Positions 12,666 through 24,762 of a stretch of 64,000 nt of DNA are shown here, in pieces. The stretch comes from Camelus dromedarius. Its lineage: Eukaryota. The DNA lies in assembly GCF_036321535.1 (NCBI RefSeq), contig NC_087437.1, positions 86,864,001 to 86,928,000 on the forward strand, written 5' to 3'. Within the stretch, counting starts at the first letter, position 1. Every line of letters starts with the position of its first letter. Under the pieces are notes generated by a model. That model did no database searches. It was not told the DNA's origin and saw only the letters and a list, made by a program, of their open reading frames with translations. A program made the translations under genes and the position numbers.

Positions 12666-13233
12666 CATTTATTATTATTCATGAGTCTATGGGTAGTTCA
12701 ATAATGTTGGTCAGACGCAGATGATCTTCTTTGGAATCACTCACCTGTCTGTGTTCAGCTAGTTGGTCTAGATAGTATCTGCTTAGCATCTCTGCTCTCT
12801 CTCATTTTCCAGTTGGCTATTCTGAGCTTGTTCTCATCATGGAGCAGAATTCCAAGAAACAGTGGAAGTGCTTAAGTCTCCCTGAGCTTTAAGAATTGAT
12901 ACATCATATTGATACTTCCACCATATTCTGTTGGCCAAAGCATGTCAGAATCACCCCAGATTCAGAAATGAAGGAAACAGAGTCCACCTCTTGATTGTAG
13001 AAGCTATAAAATTACAGCGCAAAAGGTACTCTTAGAGGAATCATGTACTCAGTCATTTTTGTTTATCTTTTTTTTTTTTTAGTGGGGGCAGGTAACTAGG
13101 TTTATTTATTTATTTTTTTAACAGAGGAACTGGGGATTGAACCCAGGACTTCGTGCATGCTGAGCACACACTCTACCACTGAGCTATGCCCTCCCCCCTT
13201 GCATTCAGCCATTTTTGCAATCAATTTACCACA
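12666..13233 (-). mobile_element. MaLR MLT1 LTR, remainder (split by a SINE)
   Basis: acttccaccatattctgttggccaaagca...cccagattca...ggaaacagagtccacctcttga; ends gccatttttgcaatcaatttaccaca. Confidence 0.8.
13062..13198 (-). mobile_element. tRNA-derived SINE, vic-1-like (camelid)
   Basis: Minus strand GGGGGGAGGGCATAGCTCAGTGGTAGAG...GGGTTCAATCCCCAG with A and B boxes, then (AAAT)n AAACCTAGTTACCTGCCCCC and poly(A). Flanked by tgtactcagtcatttttg (13044-13061) and tgcattcagccatttttg (13200-13217). Confidence 0.88.
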
Positions 13234-13499
13234 GTAATTTTCTTCAAATACAGAAATCACAAGTATAATTTCAGAATAAATTATCAAATGGATTCAACTT
13301 CAAAAATTTTTAAAACCAGATCATTCTGTAATATGTGTTGAAAATATGGCAGCATGTATGTCGTATTTTACAGTTTTAAGTCAAAGCAGTAGTTAGGTGG
13401 ATTTGTAATAAATTAAATGGACATATCCAAACATGTTTATTTATAGAAAAGTATAAACTTAAAGAGACATTTCCAGTAGCAGAACATAAGATTTTCTTC

Positions 13500-13880
13500 T
13501 CAGTCCTATCCTGTAACACTTATCACCATTTATCAATGACTTGTATGAAAATGTGATTATCCAAATAGAAGATGACATGAATCTGGAAGGAATAGATAGT
13601 GTTCTGGATGACAGAATTAGTATCCCAAAAGGCCTTGACAGGATGAAAAAAGGGATTACATTAAATGCGGCAAATTTTAAAGTAAATAAACTTAAGGTAT
13701 GGCAATAAAATCAAGATCTCAAAATGTCCAATTATAGACTGCTTCACCTGGATAAGCATCTTAAGGCTTTAGATAACAGTGGCTTCAATCATAACCAACA
13801 GTGTGTGCAATTTATATTACAGATTTGTGAATATAGGTCACATTAGTACATGATCATTCTGTATTCTAGAATAAAATAAT
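13500..13880 (+). mobile_element. CR1/L3 LINE reverse-transcriptase fragment
   Basis: Translates FINDLYENVIIQIEDDMNLEGIDSVLDDRISIPKGLDRM, co-linear with CR1 RT FINDLDE...KFADDTKLGG...DDR.RIQKDLDRL. Confidence 0.8.
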
Positions 13881-14374
13881 TTTTTTGTCCACAAACCTCA
13901 ATGCTTACTGTGACTTGCAGCTAGACTTGAATATAATGGTAATAATTAATTTTAGCGCTATTTTTGAATATTGAATATTGAATTTCAGTTAACTTCTCAA
14001 TGCCATTTGAAAATCAATTTCTTTGAGCATCCAAATTTTCATTAATTAGTAAAAGAGCATTAAAAAATTGGTAATATTCTGAGTCAAATAGCAGATATTT
14101 TTACGTATCACAGCCTCTGATTATAATTTAATAAAATTAGAAATTAATACCAAAATGTATACATACTATCAGAAATGAAAATAAGAAAAAAATGGTATCT
14201 AAGTTTTGTACTATTAACAGGGATTAAATTTTAAAAAATACAATGATTCCTTAACTTAAAAATAATTGCAATTATGTTTTACATAATAATTGATGGTATG
14301 TGCTCAAGTGGAATATATATTCCACTCAGAGGAATATATATAGAAGTATGATTTTTAATTTAAAAGGCAGGGAT

Positions 14375-15289
14375 AGACTCCTGGCTTTAGCTTAAGATGT
14401 AAAAACCTGGAAATAATGTAACTCCCATTTTAACAAAAGGAAAAGTCATTATAATTTATAAAGTCATTACTTTTCTGAATTCAACTGATCAATGAAATTT
14501 TAGGCAGCTACTTTATATAGACTTCCAAATATTTGGGGAGCAATAAACTCATTGATGAATTATCCTCAACCGTTCAGTGAGAATAGTTTAAACCTCTGAG
14601 ACCCAGGGACACAAGGCTTGCCTAATATTGAGGCTGGAGGAGGACAACAGAAAACCCCCTGACTCTCACCAGAGGGTAGCAAGCATTAAGTATCAAGCCC
14701 CAGCAGTCAGTCACTTAGGGAAAGACAAGAAATAAGCAGACCTTCAATAAGGCACACACACACAAGGAAGACCTAAAGCTGGGAGTGAAGTCGACTTTGA
14801 GAGAAACTTTATGGCCAAGCATGCAAGAATAAGAAATTCTAGAGAATTTTGAAGCCAATTATGAACTGAAGGTAACCATAACAACAACAACAACAACAAC
14901 AAAACCTCAAACCCAGCTCAACTCTGAGCATGACTGACCCAACCCTAAAACTAACAGCCAAGAAGCTTTGGCCCAGAATATGATTTAGCAGTGAATATTC
15001 CATAGTTACCTAAACATAGTGGGTATTCTGATTGTGGAACCTTCACAATGGTGAGACATATTCTGGACTGAAAAATACTAAGTCTCAACAAATTAAAACA
15101 ATTTAAATCTAACAAAGTAACTTCACCAACTAAAGTGTAATTAAAGTAGAAATCAAGAACCAAGATATCTGAAATATTCTCCAATATTTGTAAATAAAAC
15201 AGCACACTTATATATCCCATGGGTTAATAAAGAAGTAAAAAATTGAAAATATTTTGTACTGAATGAAAATAAAACATATACATAGATAT

Positions 15290-15334
<45 letters not shown>

Positions 15335-15805
15335 CTTAAAAGCAAATTTATAGCAATAACACTAATAATAGAAAAGCAGAATTATCTCAAGTCAATGATA
15401 TAAAATCCCCTTTTAAGAAAAAGATATAAAAAGAGTAAATTAACTCAAAGTAAGCTGAAGAAATGAGACAATTATCATACAAGCAAAATAAATTTAAAAT
15501 AGCAATAAAATTAAAAGATGGTTCCTTGAAAAGATTGATAAAATTGATAAATCTCTAGCCTGACTATGCAAGAAAAAAAGAGAGAAGCAAATTACTAACA
15601 CCTGTAATGAAAGAGAGGCCATTGAAGCCTAGGCAAGTTAGAACTAAGATAAGAGAATATTATAAACAACTTTATGCTTTTAAATCCATTTACGTGAAAT
15701 GGACAGAGTCCTTAAAAGATAAACGACCAAAGTTCACTCGTAAAGAAATAACCTGAATGACCCTGGAGCTATTTGTAAACTAATATTTAGTTTAAAGATC
15801 TTCTC
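14375..15805 (+). mobile_element. Old L1 (L1M-type) 5' and ORF2 fragments
   Basis: gactcctggctttagc 5'-end-like start; ORF2-like gacatattctgg...aagtctcaacaaatt, tggttccttgaaaagattgataaaattgataaatctctagc. Confidence 0.75.
15295..15328. repeat. (TA)n microsatellite
   Basis: Pure TA run of about 17 units. Confidence 0.95.
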
Positions 15806-15807
15806 AC

Positions 15808-15985
15808 AGACTTCTGGTTTCTGGTTGAATGTAAGGAGTTTGGCAGTCACTACTCCATCCAAACAAGTAGTAAAAAGCTAAACAGACTGAAAAACCAGCT
15901 CTTCTTGGATCCATAAGAGAGGGGAGGACACAGCACAAACCGCTGCCCCCAAGATTAGAGACACAGGCAAACAATACAGGGAGGC
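15808..15985 (+). mobile_element. L1M (L1MD-like) 5'-end fragment
   Basis: agacttctggtttctgg...aagtagtaaaaagctaaacagactgaaaaaccagctcttcttggatcc...caaaccgctgcccccaagatt. Confidence 0.65.
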
Positions 15986-15989
15986 ATGT

Positions 15990-16325
15990 CTTACTGGGGC
16001 AGGAAGTTCTTTCCTGATCTGACGTATGGGCTTTGGATAGAGAAGTCCTCTCTCCATCAGGGTGGCTTATTCGGGGAGATGTAATGCTCAGCATGTCTGC
16101 AGCCATCGTGGCACTTTACTGACAGCTGAATGGAACTGGCACGCGTAGAGAAGTGCGGCCGAATGGCAGAGAGAAGGAGACGGAGACTTGATGAGCCCCT
16201 AGAACCAGTTGCCTGCAACTCCAGTCAAGTTATGCTTTCCAATTGTTTTCCTTTCTTGCTTAAGCTAGTAAAAGATTTATTTACTTTTATAACTTTTCAG
16301 TTGTGAGTGTGTCACTAGAACCTGC
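15990..16325 (+). mobile_element. MaLR MLT1J/K-like LTR fragment
   Basis: gcagccatc...gagaagtgcggccga...gagcccctagaaccag...ttttcctttcttgcttaagctagt...tgtcact. Confidence 0.6.
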
Positions 16326-19300
16326 ATATCAACAGTAAGGAGACGTTTATTAAACTCTGAATATAACTTTACATCTATATTAAAATTTGCATTTAACATA
16401 AATTTACATTTGTTTTGACTACAAACATTAAAATATTAATAGAATTTGTGTGGTGTGATCATGAGATTTTCCCCCCATATTTCTCTACTTTTCTATTGTT
16501 TTAAATGTGATTATTTTTATACACTGAAAATTAGGAAAACATAAAATCATGCACAATGCTATATCCCATAAATTTCAGAACTACACATTTAATTTGATTT
16601 TTAAATGCATCAGTGTCTACATGAATTCAGACTGTACTTTGTCTTATTTTGCGTGTATGTCAAATTATCTTTCAATTACAGCTCTTTAAAAAAAAAATCT
16701 CTATAGTTACTTCTATCCTAATGCACCCTGGGTTTTACTTTCTCATGTGATAAGTCAGTAGGCTGGGTCTCAGCTACTTCACTATTAATTATTGCCGTAT
16801 TTCTTTCATCTCATTTAATATACTATCAAAAATAGAAAGGATAATTTTCATAGTTTACTTAATGTATTATGATTTTTGATTCTTTGTCAGATAGTTTAAA
16901 GCACATAGCATGTAATTACTCATCAGTTCAGAATTCTTTTGAGTGCCAAGCTGAGTAACAAAGAATGTGTATACCTACTTCACTAAATTATTCTACATCC
17001 TCAGTTTTTATCTAAGATTAATACAAGGAACAACTGTATGAAGACCCATTTATATTTTCAGTAAAAGTAATCAGTTAAATTATTTCTAAAAGCTGTCGTC
17101 AAATGTGTTATGAATGGCCCATTGTAACAAATATCTTTGAAAATTTAGGCTTTTTGCTTAAGTTCATTTTGACGTTAGCATCTTAGCTACCAAATATCCT
17201 TCTAAATATTAGAAATTCCATGACACTCCAAATCCTCCCAGCACTCCTCAGATATTATTTGGCAGGGAAGGAGTGCTTTTCTTTTTTTCTGTCATGATCA
17301 TATTTAATTTTAAATACTTTTAAACCAGCACTGAAATATGAACTCATAAGCCTCTTTTCTTCTCACTGTAGATATTATGTAATTTATAAATTCTTCAGTA
17401 ATCAGCTCAGCTTATTCAGTGTTTCAACCATTTTCTAAGATTTCAAAAATAAAAGATTTTAAAAATCATATTGTAATGATTGATAAATAAATAATTCCCA
17501 GTAGAGTTACATAAAAGAGAGATAAACTGAAAGTTACCAATTTGCTCCTCAAGACATGGCTGCTTTTAAAGGTGTTTACAAATAATCTCCCTGTAGTCTT
17601 GTATATATGTTCCAATATACCTGTGATATAAACACAAAATCAATAAATGTATGTGCTCTATTAGTCATCTGTATAGTCTTTTAATCCATTTTCACTTTCA
17701 TAATACTCTATAATCCTAAATAAGATATTTTAAAATAAGCTTTTTGCATAATGTCTTAGGTTTATGTTAAGAATATTCAGCACAAAACATTTATTCAAAC
17801 AGAGAAAAATTTCTACTTACTGCACTTTTCATACATAACTAACAATATTAAAAGATCAATTTGCTATGGGAACTTTCAATGTACTACTGGTTTACACTGT
17901 TTATTATTTATGTCAAACCAGATTAATGTCTTTTCTATAAATTTAGTACCTTTATTAGCCCATAATTATTTCAGAAAAAGAGCTATCTAGTCAAATCTAC
18001 ATGAGGAATTTTATAGATACGGATTTTTTTTTCTAAAGCCATCAATTCTAAATGGACCCATAGTTCAGCCCTTTCCTGCTTTAGGGAAGAGTTTCACTTG
18101 AACCTTTGGTGACATCCTGAAAACAAATTGCTCTCCATGTCCTAATACAAAGACATTAAAAATTCTATCTTGTAACTCTCCTATCCCTGTCCTTTCTCCT
18201 TAAATAACTTTTACATAAGCTAATATTTGGTACCTAGGGTTTTCAGAATGGACTTAAAAAAAAGTCTGTCCTTCTAATTGGTGCATGACCAGTCTCCTGT
18301 TCTCCTGTCAGTGTCCAGCTGACGAGAAGCAGAACAATTTGACAGCAATGTGTGTGGTGGCCAGTGTTTCCGTGGAAAATTGGAGGAGAGGGGAGCCAAC
18401 ACTGTACCGTCTAGTGTGTGATTTTACATCAGACCGCTTTTCTTAATAAAGGGAAACAAACCACAAATTGGAGGCAGCAAACACAGGGATCAAAAATGGG
18501 ATTTTTATAGTAAGTGCTATTGTCATTATCTCACTCTTTGACTTCCTCGGAAGGACCACACAAGTTTCATAGAAAGACTATTGTGAGAATCAGTAGCCAA
18601 TTATGCATAGCACAGTGCAGATATCAGGCAAGGTCTGGGATTGAGGCCATTTTAAAATTTTTTTCCAAGTTGAAAAATTATGATAAGTTTGTGTGATGAA
18701 GATTAAATCTCATTCAACTTGATATTGCTTCTCTCTTCTTAATGCCCTAAATGGCTCTAAATTTATAGTAAAATGGGAAGGATAACATTTTCTCTATTTA
18801 AGTCAAATGAAGATTTTTGCAAGAAATGACAAGTATAAAAGTATTTAATAAATTTTAAATATGTACATAGAATATTACGCTGTTATCAGTAGTCACCAAC
18901 CTATCCCACTGGATACTTTACTGCTACAATTGCCAATTCTGCATTATTTTAGTACTTTTTTCCCTGCCTTGACCAAATACACAGCCACAGAATAGTATCT
19001 TGGTTTTTGTGAGCTTTTTGTGTTTCCCAAGAAAATTAATGATGTTTAGGAATTTATGGCACTGTTGAAATATATTTTTATGTCTAAGGAAACATGTCTT
19101 CATTGATACTAGTTCTTATTTAGGATTGCATCTTAAAATTATTCTGTAGAAACTTTCAATAAAATATTTTATTTCTCATGGATACTTAATATTTGGTTGT
19201 TACCTTAATAAGTACACTCATATTTAGGCTTAGAATGAATTTTTGTGTCTTCACATTGCCTTAGTGCTCTACTAGTGCTTAACCAGGAGCTGTGTAATGT

Positions 19301-20206
19301 AATGGTTACATTTTATTCAATTAAAGTCTAAATTTGTTCTGAGTCTCTTGCTGGCTTGGCCTTACTTAAAGGTAAGTAACTGTACGTATGGAGCGGTTTT
19401 ATGGATGGTGGGAACGTCCTACATTCAAAAACTGACTTTGATCCCCTGTACTTGAAAGTTATTAATTTAGGATAATTACCCTCTAGTGGAAGGAGTGCTA
19501 TAAATCATTACAAAATTTTCAGATTTATTCCGAGAACAGGTTTCGATATGGGCAAAAATGGAGAATATAAAGGTCGTGATCCCCCAAAGTAGCTAGGAGA
19601 GGTAAATGGTGCAGAGAAAAAAAGTGTGATACACATGAGTTTGAAGAACTAGAACTAAATTAGAATCTGTTTGCTGTTACCAGTCGTTGGAATGCTTTTT
19701 CATGGAATATGAACAAGAGAGAGAAGGGGGCAGAAAACCAAGGATCTCAAAATCCATGGTAAAATAACCATTTTTCAAATTTAACTATTTGCCTTTCAAC
19801 ATTGGCAGGTTTAAAGAATAACCTTGCTGATTTTCATGAAACAAAATGAAGGACAGATGACAGTGTCAGCCTGACAAAAGTGTCCCCTCATAACAGTTTT
19901 ACTCTCAAGATCAGGTTTTCATTTTGTTGTAACTCCAATCAAACATAGTCAAAGTATATTCTGTTCTTACTGAGTATTTTAGTTTTCCAAATAGCATTAA
20001 AGCCCAATATTTTCTCTAAATTACCTAGTAAAGTTAAAATGCAGATATGTTTGTCTTATTTAAAGTGAATTGTAATGTAATAAGACTGTATTTTCACCAT
20101 GTCAAATCAACTCAGTCTATAACAGCAAACAATGACAACTGAAAAAAAGGTTCTTTTGCATTTTGTTTAGACTTACAGTGGAGTGAAAAAACTCTCAGAC
20201 TTAAAA

Positions 20207-20228
20207 AACAACAACAACAACAACAACA
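20207..20228. repeat. (CAA)n repeat; a similar tract lies at 14880-14902
   Basis: aacaacaacaacaacaacaac. Confidence 0.9.
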
Positions 20229-20554
20229 AAAAACTGTTTGCAAACAATTCCAAGACAGAAAAGGAAAATAAACTTCTAATTTAATTGCAGGGCTATATCT
20301 CACCAATGGCAAAGGACATGCCGAAAAGAGCTCAAATTCAATTAAGACAATTAAATGTTCATACAATTTTATTAACCATTTACTTTTTAAAACAAATGAC
20401 TGCTTTAACAAACTCAGAAAAACAGAAAAGCAGATTTCATATCTTCCCTCTTAAAATGCCCTGAAGTCACTCATGTGTATATAGTGTGTAATCAAACCCA
20501 TTGCTTCTTCCACCCTCATTATTTTTCCAAAAATGTTTAAAGTCTGCTTTTTAG

Positions 20555-20805
20555 ATGGCTTAACATAGCATGATCTTCCCCTGATCACCCTATGCTCAGT
20601 GTTCTCACCTTGTTATTACTCCTCTTGCACGTATCATAAGCTTCCTTACACTGTTTATTATATTCTAGAGGATTTATGCCTTAACTGTTGAGTTGTACGG
20701 AGGGTCTTTTGAGATCAGGACTACTGATGTGTCTTCCCCGTCCACACCACACGGCACGTTTTTCTCCCTTAGGGTTGATATTCAAAAATATCTATTACTG
20801 AAAAT
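20555..20805 (+). mobile_element. L2 3'-end fragment
   Basis: tcttcccctgatcaccct...ttgagatcaggact...tcaaaaatatctatt. Confidence 0.5.
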
Positions 20806-23800
20806 ACTGGAGAGGATGTCAACAAAGTTGAGAGTTTAAGGAGTTTACATTTAGAGCAGATCATCACGGATGGGTCTGTTTAAAAACTAGATTTAACCTG
20901 GATAGAAAAATGTCGAACTAAATACTGAGCACTGTAACTGCTTTGTTTCCTGTTAGTTGTGGGTGATTTATTTCTTCCTGAGACTATCATTTTCATGATG
21001 ATAAAAATAATATTTAATTCTGCATGTTCTATTGAAATATTATTTTAATAAGTATGCTCTGCAATAAACTGGAAGAGTGTGTACTCTATGTAACTTTATA
21101 GAGCACAGCTGATAGCATAGACCAGACTGTAAGAGGAGAAGTTAAGTATAGATGGTGGCTGTAAAATGGGGCCAGTTGTACGTACAAATAAGGTAATCAG
21201 CAAACAAAATCTGTCTGCAGAATGATCTGCAAATCAAGGAAATGACTTCCCTCTGAACTGAAGAAAAACATGCTTCTTTCAAAAAAGTGGTCATACAGGC
21301 AAATCCATGATAAATAAGAGATGTACAGTGTGTTCTTGTTGTCGTGGTAGAGAAAAACGTAGGGGCACGCAGTACACAAAGAATGTTGAGGTAGTAAAGT
21401 GAAATTAAACAAATATCTGAGAATAATAAAAACTCTTTTGTTAGAAGAGTTAAAATCAGTGTGTTTCATTTTGTTTTTGGTATTTGATAAAACTGCTGCT
21501 GAATGGCTAGCAGTTCAAGACAGCCTTGAAAATCTAAGGAAAAAACAATGGAGAATTAGAATGAACTGCGAACCATGGAACACTAATTTCATGAGATGCT
21601 CCTTCAAAGAGAGGTTTCTCTGTCCAGTTAATGGAGGAAAGTTTACGAATTTGCTCATCTTGGAAAGAACAATACACTAGCATGTCAAGGTCTGAGACTT
21701 ACAGCAGAAAAACACAAATTCAAACATACACACATAATATTTGGTTTAATATTATTCAGCTCCAAATGCAACCTAACACTCATGAAAGTGTCAAAACTAG
21801 TATTCTGTTAGCAAACTTCGGGAGAGTAGTACAATGTTCTCTTCTGGAGCAGGTGAAAAATATCCTGATTAACTGTGGTAGTGTTTGATGACGACTCCAG
21901 ATTACTGAGTTCATATTTATTTAACCAAATGTTTATGATTTTAAAATATATTTCTCTGAGCCTTGCATTCTTCTTCAAATTAAAATGTCTTGGTAGTATA
22001 AACTAATATTTATGTTTAATAGATTTAGCAGAAAGTTTACAGAAACCATTAATGATTTCAAAAACTTTCTATTTTATATGGGGACTCATACTTTTGAATA
22101 TTGTAAATATTCAGCTTTAAGGATATAAATTATAAGCATCACTTGCTGCAGGACGGGAATAGTCATGATAATAAGAACCTTTTCTGGAGGGATTATTATA
22201 TCGCAGGCAGTGAGAGCTTACTCCTCACTAACAACTGGGATTCCAAGAATTTTTTTTTTTATGTTAGTGGCAGGATTTCTATAGATTTGAGTTTTCAGAT
22301 GTCAGACTCTGAAAGTATGTAAATTTTAAGCTTATTACCCTGGAAGTAAAGCAGCAATCTCTAGGAAGAAAGCTTTTTAAATATCAACATAAAAAGTGTC
22401 ACAAAATGTTGCAGTGGCATTTACTTAAACACTGGAAAGAAAGGAGGTAATAGCAGAGAGAGTAATATCAGGTGATGTCCAGAATGTGATTGCTATAAAT
22501 TAACTAATAAAGACTAAATTAAAAAAAATCTATAGACTGATACGAGACGTGCTTTGTTTCCTTTGATTTAGAAAAGAAAATTTTCTGGTAATTTTCAGGT
22601 GTTCCTGCTTCCCCCCATTCCTTGCTATTGCTATAGCTTTGACTTAAAGATGGGAGAATGGAACTGGTAGGAAACCAGCTCTCTAGAGGACCATTATTGC
22701 CACAGCATCACTGCTGCTCTGAAAATCTGTTTCTGTCCCACCGAAGACCGGGAACTGGCAGACCGGGAAGGTGATCAGATTGCAATCAGCCCAGGAGTTA
22801 TCTGTAATCAGGATGAGGCAGAGAAAAAGACACGGGAGGCTGGAATGCAGGAACACTTATATCATAGGACTCCGAAGCTGAAAATAGAAGTCTGTGTAAA
22901 ACTTCGGAGAAGAATAGTCTTCAGAGAGTCAGAGAACCATCAGTGAAAGCAGCCTGTTGATAGGTGAACAAAAGAAGCCTTTGTGTGAACACAGGCTAAT
23001 TAAGTCTCGCAATTACCAAAAGAGCTTTCTTTTGTGTGGAGAAGAGAGACATGAGAGTGATGTACAAGTTCAGCTTGGAAATACTTATTCAATATATTCT
23101 TTGGGGGAAGGGCTGTTTGCCTATTAAAGCAATGTCACCCGTTTCCCGCTTTGAGGAGACCTGGGGAGAGTGGGAAGAGAGGGCTTCTAAAGTAGGTGAA
23201 ATTGTTGGCCATTAAAAGTGCCTTTGACTCAGAGTTTCAATGGATTTAACCTTTATTAAATATAGAACCCCTATCAAAATAGCTATAAGCTGAGAGAATT
23301 GCTTCCAACACACACTCCTTTTCTTGGCAGTCATAGAAAAAACAAAGCTTGATAAGCTCTCGGGGCTGAAGTATTCTTCTCCCATATGGGAGTTATTATT
23401 TCCAGTTCAGTGTGTCTCAAAGTAGGGGTCAGGTCTCCCAGAGGCCAGAGGGGTCTGAGAGGGTTAACACAGAACAGAGCGACAGAACTCTGAAGCGATC
23501 AGTGCTGATGATGGTGGTGAACTCAGAGCTACATAAACCAGATGAAAAGACCTCAACTTACCAGCCTAGCCCTCAGTTCCTGTGTTCAGACATGTTCCAT
23601 CTCCAAGAGGGGGCTCCAAACCGCTACTGGATGGCTGTGGCCACAAGGAAAATTTATGGCAATCAGGAGGCGCTGGTTTATCTGGGTGGGAGGCATGTAG
23701 TCAGCCTGAGAACCAAGGGGAAAGACTTAGAGCAGTTTCAAATTTGTGAAGGAAGTGGACAAATCTCTATGGATACATAAGCCCAAACCCCAGGTGCTCC

Positions 23801-24585
23801 AAATAGTCTGGCCCCAGAAAATGTGGACTCCAGTGCCTTTGTTTTCTCCATAAGTTCTTGTCCGACTCTTTTCGAACAATTCCTGCTGTCCTTAATCCTT
23901 TCTCTTGGCTCTTGAAATCTACCCAGGAACATTGTATTTCAGAACATTAGAAATGTCTCAGGAATGCATGGAATAAGTAACAAGGATTTCATTCTGGTCT
24001 GCTTAATTACTGCCGGCTTTCTGAGCCTTTCTCAGGCTCTTACAATCAGGGACAAACAAGTAAACTGAGAGGTGGGATAGAGATTTTGATGATCATCAGA
24101 ATCAGCTCTTTCATCCTTCACAAACTTTACTCAGAGAACAGCAAATAGACTCCCTTCTTTTTCCAGCCTTGTTGACACCTGTAGTAATTACTTCTAGGAA
24201 GGTAACCCACTGAGGCAGTATTTCACTTTTCCTTAATTGCACAAGTACCAAGTTCCACACTATCAGCACTGATAGGCAGTGACATCCTCCTGTCAGCCAG
24301 GTAATTTGTTGGCAGAAAATGCCACAGACACTTTAGTTTCCATCTTTCAAAATGCCTCATGCAAATGAGGCACAGTAATTAGTGCTGACCTTCCACTATT
24401 ACCAGTTGTCAATCAGCTGAGCATCCCTCCCAGAGACCGTCTGCCTTATTCCAGGCAAAAACATGGGCATACACCACATCATGGGAGCTTTAGGGAGTGT
24501 AAGAGGGCATTGTTCTAAAAATTAGCTTCCTAATAGAATACAGTGATCGACTCATGGAGGACAACATGGTATAATTGTTAAAAAA

Positions 24586-24762
24586 CAGTGTTTTTCAAAA
24601 TATTCTCCACAAAACCTGTGTCAAAATTAGATGCCTGATGTCAGTTCAGATTCTGAAGCCACACTCAGGTCTACTAAACAAGAAGACCTGCATATGAGGC
24701 CCCTGAAAATAAGTTTGACACAAGCACCGTACAAAATTCCGTCACACTGAAGTTTGGGGAGG
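24586..24762. mobile_element. MER5B-like hAT MITE
   Basis: cagtgtttttcaaa...cagattctgaagccacactcaggtctactaaaca...cacactgaagtttgg. Confidence 0.55.

Noticed and set aside
13125..13198. Possible tRNA gene
   Set aside because: It has a SINE tail, poly(A) and a target-site duplication, and the acceptor stem does not close; it is a SINE.
23412..23780. Longest ORF in the window (122 aa)
   Set aside because: GTG start, no recognisable domain and no convincing splice context; consistent with chance in a locally GC-richer stretch.
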